Below are positions 54,463-64,000 of a stretch of DNA of 64,000 bases, in pieces. The stretch spans positions 90,954,001 to 91,018,000 of the forward strand of contig NC_043003.1 in NCBI RefSeq assembly GCF_006345805.1, in the 5' to 3' direction. This DNA is from Octopus sinensis (taxonomy: Eukaryota). Each line of letters starts with the position of its first letter. Positions within the stretch are counted from its first letter, which is position 1. The position numbers and the translations under genes are program-made. Below the pieces are notes generated by a model. That model saw only the letters and a list, made by a program, of their open reading frames with translations, ran no database searches and had not been told where the DNA came from.

Positions 54463-55669
54463 TTGTGTGTATATATATATATATATGTTGTATGTAACAG
54501 ATCAGATACCAGCATACCAGATACCAACATCAGATTCTTATCTTAAACTTGCAGAAAATGTGTCCGTGAATTTCTTAGTATTTCCACTGCACTTGACAGT
54601 ATAAGTAGATATTCCTGTTATTACCAATAGTAGTTTTATCATTATTATTATCATGTTTTTTTTTTTCTTCTCTTGACTATATCAAACAAGCAGCCACTTG
54701 GGAAGAAGGGAGAGAGACTATGGGTAAATGTATGATATGAAAGAGCAGTTGTGGGTGTGATGGCTAGTGGAATTGGTGAATTGAGGGGAATTGGTGGGGA
54801 AGACACGTACAATTGAAGATAAAACTACTCTGCAAGTGAAACGAAATTAGATACCACAAATAAATAAATATTTGCTCAGTAAATCTCCCACTTATTGCTC
54901 AGCATACCATGGTTCAAAGAAATGTGTGGCAGATTTCTTGTGAAGGGTAGGGTAAGGTCTTTTATTTTTAGGCCTTTTTTTTAGAAACAAGTGTGTAAAC
55001 AAGTTGTAAACAAGATATGAAGATGGGAGAAAAAAATAAGGTGTTTATGAGTATTTTCTGTATGAAACCTTCAAAACCATCATCATCAACACCTGTTTTC
55101 TAGGCTGGCATAAACTGGATAGTTTGACAGGATCTGACTTAAAGTGGAGGGAAGTTGTGGAAGAGGAAGATCTAGGAAGACATGAGACAAAGCACAACCC
55201 CACTGGATAATGCCAGTCACAGACTGATGCCTGAGGGTCACATCAAGTGGCTTCTAGCAGCAAGAATCTGAATTGCAATGGACTTGTCCCACAGAGAATG
55301 TTTCCAGTTACTTTAGGGTACCCCCTCATATGTGTGTGTGTGTACTATTTTATAAACATATAATGCATTATATTATACAACAATCATCATCATTTAACGT
55401 CCATTTTCCACGCTGGCATGGGTTAGACAGTTTGACTTGAGCTGGTAAGTCAGAGAGCTGCACCAGGCTCCAGTCATCTGTTTTGGTTTGATTTCTACAG
55501 CTGGACACCTTTCCTAATGCCAAAACCTTAAGTATATTACATATTACACAATATATATATATTTATAATTTAAAAATAGGATAAAATCATTATAAGAATT
55601 TATCAAGTAGTTAGCATGAAAATCCTCATAAGGGAAAAATTTATTAATTATTCCCTTTAAATATATTTA

Positions 55670-55842
55670 TTTATATTAAGGGCATTACTATACATAAATG
55701 CCTCACACTACGAGGGACTCTTAAAGTCAAAACTACCATAAGAAACACATTGTACCAAAAATGTGTTTATTATGGTAGTTTTGACTTTAAGAGTCCCTCC
55801 TAGTGTGAGGCATTTATGTATAGTAATGCCCTTAATATAAAT
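55670..55842. repeat. Near-perfect palindrome (about 85-bp arms)
   Basis: ttatattaagggcattactatacataaatgcctcacacta...aaacacat / atgtgttt...tagtgtgaggcatttatgtatagtaatgcccttaatataa. Confidence 0.92.
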
Positions 55843-55889
55843 ATATATATATATGTATATGTATGTATGTATATACACAGTATATATAT

Positions 55890-57465
55890 AGTCCTCAGTC
55901 CCCTCCTATTTATCATAGTCCTCCAGGCAATAATGGAGGAATTCAAGACAGGATGCCCCTGGGAGCTCCTCTATGCTGATGACCTTGCTCTAATTGCTGA
56001 GTCACTATCAGAACTGGAGGAGAAGTTTCAGGTGTGGAAGCAAGGTCTAGAATCGAAGGGCCTCAGAATCAATCTTGCCAAAACCAAAGTCCTAATAAGT
56101 AGAAAAGTAGACAAGTCACAAACGCCTTCAGGTAGATGGCCCTGTTCAATCTGTAGAAAAGGCGTAGGTAGAAACTCTATAAGGTGCACCAAGTGCAAGC
56201 TATGGACACATAAGAGGTGTAGCAATGTCAAAGGAAGGCTAACTAGGAAGATAGTTTTTGTCTGTGGCAGATGCTCAGGAGCAATAAACACTGAAAATGT
56301 GCAGAGACCAACGTCTACCATGTTCCAGAGAGAAAAACTAGAAGTAGTTGATAGCTTCCGCTACCTAGGTGACCAAGTCAGTAGCGGGGGTGGGTGTGCT
56401 GAAAGTGTAACTGCTAGAGTAAGAATAGCCTGGGCAAAGTTTAGAGAGCTCTTACCCCTGCTGGTGACAAAAGGCCTCTCGCTCAGAGTAAAAGGCAGAC
56501 TGTATGATGCATGTGTATGTACAGCCATGCTACATGATAGTGAAACATGGGCTGTGACTGCTGAGGATATGCGTAAGTTTGCAAGAAATGAAGCCAGCAT
56601 GCTCCGATGGATGTGTAATGTCAGTGTTCATAATCGACAGAGTGTAAGTACCTTGAGAGAAAAGCTGAACCTAAGAAGCATCAGTTGTGGTGTGCAAGAG
56701 AGACGTCTGCGCTGGTATGGGCATGTGACGAGAATGGGTGAAGATAGTTGTGTGCAAAAGTGCCACACTCTAGCAGTTGAGGGAACCTGTGGAAGAGGTA
56801 GACCCAGGAAAACCTGGGACGAGGTGGTGAAGCACGACCTTAGAACTTTAGGTCTCACCAAGGAAATGACTAGAGACCAAGACCTAGCTGTGCGTGAGAA
56901 GACCTGGCAAGACCAGTGAGAACAGTCAAAATCAAACCAAATCAACATCAGTGGAAATTGCAGCTGTGGTTAAGCGAACCATCCAATCGTTTGTCCGTTG
57001 CCAGCCTCACCTGGCCCCCGTGCCGTTGGCACGTAAAAGCACCATCCGCTCGTGTCCGTTGCCAGCCTCGCCAGGCCCCCGTGCTAGTGGCACGTAAAAG
57101 CACCATCCGCTCATGTCCGTTGCTAGCCTCGCCTGGCCCCCGTGCCGGTAGCACATAAAAGCACCATCTGTTCGTGTCCGTTGCCAGCCTCGCCTGGCCC
57201 CCGTGCCGGTGGCAAGTAAAAACACCTTCCGTTCACGGCCGTTTGCCAGCTCTGTCTGGCACCTGTGCAGGTGGGACGTAAAAAGCACCCACTACACTCA
57301 CGGAGTGGTTGGCGTTAGGAAGGGCATCCAGCCATAGAAACACTGCCAAATCTGACTGGGCCTGATGAAGCCTTCCGGCTTCACAGACCCCAGTTAAACC
57401 GTCCAACCCATGCTAGCATGGAAAACGGACGTTAAATGATGATGATGATGATGATAATGATGATA
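55890..57465 (+). mobile_element. Young 5'-truncated RTE-clade LINE with about 340 uninterrupted C-terminal codons
   Basis: ORF 55816-56919 from VLSPLLF through YADD to GRGRPRKTW (the N-terminal residues are microsatellite-derived). About 62-bp tandem repeats at 56990-57290 and an (ATG)n tail. Confidence 0.95.
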
Positions 57466-58399
57466 TATATATGTATATATATATATTTTAAACACTTTGA
57501 GAAGTTATAATAATTACAAAATTTTAAACTAATTTTAGCACACAATAGCATATCTCAATATCAGATTACCAACTGGGTGTTAATATGTAACAATCCAAGA
57601 AGTTTTAATTAAATAAAATTACACCTATACTGGGAAGAAGCCATCATTACATGAATGACTAAGTCTGCGTGTATGTATGCATATGTGATACATGCATATA
57701 TGTACTTGTATGTATGTGTGTGTGTATGTATGTATTTATATACATACTATATCTGTATGTGTGTGTGTGTGTGTGTATGCTTGCAGTATGCATATACATA
57801 TGTGCCACATGCCCTCAACTCCTGAAAGAGTCGTAGGACGTCCTCATGATACACAGTATGTCTTGGGCAAATTTCAACCTGGCAGAACCCATTTCTCATC
57901 AGATCAAATCTGACCTCAGTAAATTTCTTCCTGAACAGAGAAAGACAGACAGGCTAACAGAAAGAAATGGAGAGATAAAGAGATGAATCAACCAATTAAT
58001 GCAATATTTATCAACACCAAGGCAGTGACCAGGCACAACCATTAGCACGTCAGGCAAAATGCTTGGCAGCATTTAGTTCATCTTTATGTTTTGAGTTCAA
58101 ATTTCACTGAGGCTGACTTTGCCTTTCTTCCTTCCAGAGTCAATGAAATAAGTATCAGTTGAGTACTGGGGTCAATATAACCAACTTAACCCCACTTCCA
58201 AAATTGCTGTCCTTGTGGCGAAATTTGAAATTGATATTTATCAACCTCTGAAAGGTTGAAAGGCAAGACTGATCTTAATGAGATTTAAACTCAAAACCGT
58301 AATAGCCAGAACAAAGCAGCCTATCAGATGCTCAATTAATTGTAGTCAATTGGCTGCCTTCGATATGATTTCTTTTTCTCTTTCTAATTTAGAATTAAT

Positions 58400-58690
58400 T
58401 TTGACTGGCCACCGGCATAGAATGCATCTTGTTTTGTTAATCATCCTTTAACTCCTAGGAAGATCTTGCAGATTTTTATTAGATATTGTGATCGTTTTCA
58501 GTGTATGAATTAAGGAGTTGCATTCCTCCCCAAGAATCCAAGCTTAGAAACACTTTGCTTCAAGTGGGTTGGTACATATCCTGTTGCTCCAATAATAATA
58601 GATATGAAACTGAAAGCTTTATCAATAGTCCATAGATGTCCCCTTTCTCCTGTATTTTTCTGATTACATTGGTATCAAGAGGGCAGCTGA
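58400..58690 (-). mobile_element. 3' fragment of an RLE-type (R4-like) LINE
   Basis: Minus-strand peptide IIIGATGYVPTHLKQSVSKLGF, typical of the end of the RLE domain. Confidence 0.6.
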
Positions 58691-59549
58691 TTTCTTGTGT
58701 GTATAAGTGCATGGATGTATGTATATATGCACATGGATGTATCTATGTGTACATATGAATGTGTATATGTGTGTATGCATATAGGTAAATGCGTATATGT
58801 GTAGTCCATATCCCAGCTGAATTATAGATAAGCCATGAAGTGGTGAAAATTGTGCTGAAGATAGGATTAGAAATGTAACCAGCTGGAGCTGTTTACATAA
58901 CACATCACACCTTGCTTATCACAACTAACTAAACATAGAATTTACAAAAATACACATAAGCACACACACACATTATCTGTGTGCTCATATATGCACTGTA
59001 TGTGTGTGTGAGTATCTGTGTGTGTGTGTGTGTGTGGGTGTGTGTGTTTGTTCATTTCTGTGTACTTACATGTGTTTGTAGATTGTTGTATGTTATGTTT
59101 TAATAATTTAGAGTGAGTATACACGCGTGTGTACATAAGTACTTGTTGTGATTATGAAAATTTCAATTATCCTAATTATGAGGATGAGGAGAATAAGATG
59201 ATGATGATGATGATAGCAATAACAACTTTGCAATGAAGGTAGCGACCATGCTTGTCATTATCAACATCATTGCTACCGTCTCAACTACCCATGACCACCA
59301 CCATCTTTAGGGTTGTCATGATCAAAATCATAATCATCGCCATACAATATCATCATCATCAACATACTCATCATTAAAATTGTTGATAGAAAGAGGTTGG
59401 AACAACATGAATGGTGCATAATACCAATGTCAGAGTCACAATTATGATTTCAGATTCATCAGGTACCTTCTTTAGCTTTGACAGGTTGTAGATCATTAAA
59501 CTATAGTGTTATCGTTCTATTAATGTTAACATATTGCTCAAATGAATGT

Positions 59550-59880
59550 ACATGGCTCGGTGGTTAGAGTGTCAGGCTCACAATCATGAGGTAGTGAGTT
59601 TGATTCCTGGACCAAGCTGTGTTGTATTCTTGAGCAAGACACTTAATTTTACGTTGCTCCAGTTCACTCATCTGTACAAATAAGTTGTGACATCAGTGAT
59701 GCCAAGCTGCATTGGCCTTTGCCATTTCCTTGGATAACATTGGTGGCATGGAGAGTTGGGGCTGGTATGCATAAGCAACTCCTTGTCTTCCACAAATAAC
59801 TTTGCCCAGACTTTTGCCTCAGAGTAGAACATCCTAGGTGCAATCCCATGGTCGTTCATGACTGAAGGGGGTCTTTAATC
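59550..59880 (+). mobile_element. tRNA-derived SINE, family C
   Basis: tRNA-like head TGGCTCGGTGGTTAGAG...GAGTTTGATTCCTGG followed by CORE-like TTCTTGAGCAAGACACTT. Confidence 0.75.
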
Positions 59881-60004
59881 TTACTCTTTATCCTTATTGA
59901 TGGAATGCTTCGAGCATGAAAAAATGCTAATCAGAAATATTTATAAAATGAGAGGAAAACAATATTTTCTTTCTTTCTTGTCTTTCCTTGTCTTAGAATA
60001 TAGC

Positions 60005-60282
60005 AATTCACTGGAGATGAATTCTTCTTCAAGGATCTTTCACTTTGTTATATCCATTGCTGTTCTGGTCCTTCCTCTTACCACCTTCATGTGTTCTTTA
60101 ATGGTGTCACGCCAGCTTCTTTTCTGCCTGCGCCTCCTTCTAAATCTCTTTTGTGGAATCCATTCCATTTTTCTTGTTGTCCATCAATTGTCCCCTGTTC
60201 TACTTAAGTGACCTGCTTACCTCTGCTTTGTTTCTTTCACTATTTCTTGAAGTATATCTCTACCTCTAGTCTTCCTTCTGAT
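60005..60282 (-). mobile_element. 3' fragment of an RTE-group LINE
   Basis: Minus-strand peptide IRRKTRGRDIL...AGHLSRTGDN*WTT..EWIP..RRRRQKRSWRD. Confidence 0.7.
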
Positions 60283-60579
60283 CACCACCACCACCACCAC
60301 CACACATCTACGTGCATACATACACACATGCAAACATATGCATGTATGTATGTACATTCATATGTGCATACAAATGTACATACATAAATGCATACATACA
60401 CGACAGGCTTCTTTCTGTTTCCTTCTACTAATCCTCTTTGGTCAACCTCCAGGGCTATAGTAGAAAACATTTGCCCTAGGTGTCATACAGTGGAACTGAA
60501 CCTGGAACCTTGTGATTGGGAACAAACTTTTTTACGCTAAAGACATATACATATATATATATATATATATATATCAAAA

Positions 60580-61115
<536 letters not shown>

Positions 61116-61219
61116 TTTAGGCACATGTGAATCTGAATAGACTGATAAATAAAATATGTAGAGATAAGAGTGTCTTTGTGAAAAAAACAAATTCTTTTTA
61201 ACACTATCCATAGTACAGA

Positions 61220-61415
61220 GGCATATAATCATTTCTTATCTATAGCTGTGAAATCTCAGTGGTGGATACATTCAGCACTCATAGACAGTTGCAAAATCCC
61301 AGAGATGCTTATATACACCCTACTTGTTATATCATGAAATCCCTGAGATGCTTGTATGTGCCTTTTAACTATCCATATGGGATTTCATAGCTATAAATAG
61401 GAGACACTTATATGC
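61220..61415. mobile_element. Short MITE-like inverted repeat
   Basis: tatagctgtgaaatctca / tgggatttcatagctata arms, plus an internal direct repeat aaatccc.gagatgctt. Confidence 0.55.
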
Positions 61416-61971
61416 ATGTTAAAGAAAAAGAAATAATCCTTTCCACTATAGGCACAAGTCCTGAAATTTGGAGGAAGGAGCCATGTCAATTATATCAACG
61501 CTAGTGCTCTACTGGAACTTATTTTATCATCCTTGAAAGGATGAGAAACAAATTCAGCCTTGGCATAATTTGAACTCAGAATGTAACAACAGACAAAATG
61601 CTGTTATATGATTCTACCAACTCACAGCCATAAAAATAAAAAGAAATAATAAAAATGGATTAGTTTAATTTGTCGGGCATGAATTTATGTTTGCGAAACT
61701 GGGAGCTCATTGGTGCATAAAAAAAGATATTATTCATTCTGAGAGGCCTGGTAGGTTGTTAACAAGAGAAGAATTTTGTTGGGGGTAGTAACAATGGCAA
61801 TGTTTCAGAGTAGGAATTTGGTATTTCTGAGCAAATAAATCAATTTAAGAAGAGAGGAAATTTTGGAGTTGGAATCATGTTGTGAGGTGGTGGAAATCAA
61901 GTGTTTGTTAGCTGGAGGAAGTGAAAAAGGGTAAGGATGAAAAGCCAGCTACAGCAGAATGGTGGTTATAT

Positions 61972-62018
<47 letters not shown>

Positions 62019-62031
62019 GTACGTATGTATG

Positions 62032-62401
62032 CTAGCAGAAATACCCGGCATTGCCAGGTTAAAGAGAATAATGAAATTTTAAAATGTTATCTAGATTATG
62101 CAGGTCTCAACTGCTAGTAGCTGAGATACCAACTTTCTACTCTCTAATAACTCTCCAAAACATGCCAGCATGGAACAAAGACGTTAAATGAAATGTTAAA
62201 ATAAAGATTTCAACTCATATATGTATATAAAGTAAATGAGTGGCTGTGTAGTAAGTAGCTTGCTAACCAGCCACATGGTTCCGGGTTCAGTCCCACTGCG
62301 TGGCATCTTGGGCAAGTGTCTTCTGCTATAGCCCCGGGCCGACCAATGCCTTGTGAGTGGATTTGGTAGACGGAAACTGAAAGAAGCCTGTTGTATATAT
62401 G

Positions 62402-62434
<33 letters not shown>

Positions 62435-64000
62435 GTTTGTGTGTCTGTGTTTGTCTCCCTAGCATTGCTTGACAACCGATGCTGGTGTGTTTATCTCCCC
62501 GTCACTTAGCGGTTTGGCAAAAGAGACGGTAGAATAAGTACTGGGCTTAGAAAGAATAAGTCCCGGGGTCAATTTGCTCGACAAAAGGCGGTGCTCCAGC
62601 ATGGCCACAGTCAAATGACTGAAACAAGTAAAAAAGAGAGAGAAAAAAAAAAGAGACACATAATTCAAAAACACATTTTGTGTAGCTTATTTCATAACCA
62701 AAAGACAGGTACAGATTATAAACAATAAAAGGCTGATTTTGGTGTTTCGTTTGACAGAGGTAGTAGAGAGCCAATCCAATGATAAATTTGACCTTGGATC
62801 TCGAAAGTTTGCATGAATTCTGACCCAGTCAAATTTTTTGTGGTTCCAAATGATGTCATCTGTAGTGCAGCATTCTATTGTCTAATTTTGTTTTGGAAGT
62901 GCTTGGAATCTTGGTCAGTTGATGACAACAGTCTCTTCAATGGCTCTGGAAGTTGGGGGATTGCAGGGAGTTTAACCTTTCCACCACTGCAGCACAGTGC
63001 AGGTGTCTCTCAAGGTCACTTCCTTTCTTTACAATGTATGCACTCTCTTGTCATTGCACCAATAGAAACTCTAGTATCATCTACATAATGAACTGCTGGA
63101 TCATAATTGAAAGCTGCTTTATAGAAGTTGCTTCCCTGAGCTGTTACAACTGCTCTTCATTCTGCAATGGCGATCCTATTCCTTTTCACCCATGCATACC
63201 TCTCTCTGTTAATCAATTTTGAGATGCTCTGGCTTTTGTAGTGCACAGTCTGTTTGTTTCTTGGTATGCTTCCCTTTCTGCGACTGTCTCTCTTTCCTTG
63301 GATGGAGACATTCTTTTGGCTTACCTTGACATCGTAGGCAAATTTGACACTTTCCTTCTAAGCATGGTTATATATGTATACAGAAATATATGGGTGCAGA
63401 AGATAGCAAACAATGGAAATAACTGGGTAACGGAAATTATATTTCTTAATACAGTGGGCAGAAAGTAAATAAGAAATTTTTACAGAGGATAAAGAATTGT
63501 ATGGGTTGAAGCGAAATTTGTGAACCAAAGAGCCAGTATTGAAGGAACCGGAAAAAAACCATTAACAACAGAAAAACACAAAACCGTTGCAAAAGTAAAT
63601 AAGAAATTTTTAGGGAAATTAACTAAGTGTACAGATTTAAGTGAAATCTTTGAAGTTACTTCTGTCAGTAAGTTATGAATTTATTTTTATCAGTAATTTC
63701 ATCAACAACAACAAAAAACACAAAGTGCTACAAAAGTAAATAAGCAATTTGTAGGCAAATTTAATAAAGTGAAATTTATGAAGTTACTACTGTCAGGAAA
63801 TTATCTATGAAATTACTTTCATCAGTAATTGTGAACTTTTTTCTGTCAGTAATTTGTCGTTGTTGTTTGTAAATAGTGATTGAAAACTTACAGTGAAAAC
63901 AATAGTAATTGAACTTAAAGTGAAAACAATAGCGTCTGAAAAATGAAAGTGAAAACAACAGTGAGTGAAATATACAGAGAAGGGGAGAGAGAGAGCTAGC
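62032..64000 (-). mobile_element. Internally deleted Helitron with a nested SINE
   Basis: Minus-strand RepHel N-terminal peptides IGAMTRECIHC..ETPALCCSGGKVKLP..PEPLKRLL..SKHF..QMTSFG..FMQTFEIQGQIYHWIGSLLP (about 62740-63130). 3' terminus hairpin ACCTGGC-AAT-GCCGGGT followed by ATTTCTG-CTAG at 62032-62059. Confidence 0.85.
62238..62632 (+). mobile_element. Full-length tRNA-derived SINE, family A (young copy, nested in the Helitron)
   Basis: Box A-like TGGCTGTGTAGTAAG, box B-like GGTTCAGTCCC, CORE-like CTTGGGCAAGTGTCTT, central microsatellite, tail ...CATGGCCACAGTCAAATGACTGAAACAAGTAAAA. Confidence 0.9.

Noticed and set aside
55816-56919. 367-aa ORF as a host gene
   Set aside because: It is the C-terminal part of an RTE LINE RT. 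The start codon and first residues come from the palindrome and microsatellite.
56990-57290. Regularly spaced repeats resembling a CRISPR array
   Set aside because: The units are contiguous tandem repeats with no unique spacers, inside a eukaryotic LINE 3' UTR.
57355-57395. CTGATGA followed by a hairpin in the RTE 3' UTR as a hammerhead
   Set aside because: No GAAA or UH follows, and other copies read CTGGTGCAG at that position.
57790-57930. Strong minus-strand acceptor followed by open frame KKFTEVRFDLMRNGFCQVEICPRHTVYHEDVLRLFQELR
   Set aside because: No convincing donor, no recognisable homology and not the missing PDZ N-terminus. It may be a repeat fragment.
59550-59625. tRNA gene
   Set aside because: The tRNA-like head continues into a SINE body, and I could not fold a complete cloverleaf.

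Overview
Eukaryotic, AT-rich, microsatellite- and transposon-dense genomic DNA. The SINE and RTE families look like those of octopus, which is an inference from repeat recognition. The only host gene I can support is a minus-strand PDZ + ZASP-motif (ALP/Enigma, PDLIM/Zasp-like) gene. It has four frame-compatible internal exons (24046-24197, 17842-17980, 11836-12035, 4543-4736). I could not find its first coding exon or any LIM exons in the window. The rest is intron/intergenic DNA containing RTE, R4/Dong-like and CR1-like LINE fragments, Tc1 and maT-like DNA transposons, MITEs, an internally deleted Helitron, tRNA-derived SINEs and simple repeats. The most notable unannotated signals are: (1) several unrelated Penelope-like fold-back elements carrying minimal type I hammerhead ribozyme motifs, one with an intact core at 3100-3188; (2) a candidate mutually exclusive exon and a QKI/HOW-type splicing element in the gene; (3) a compact CArG-CCAAT-TATA-donor promoter candidate at about 45.5-45.8 kb. 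Nearly all ORFs in the supplied track are microsatellite or transposon artefacts. Repeat boundaries are approximate and nothing was checked against a database.
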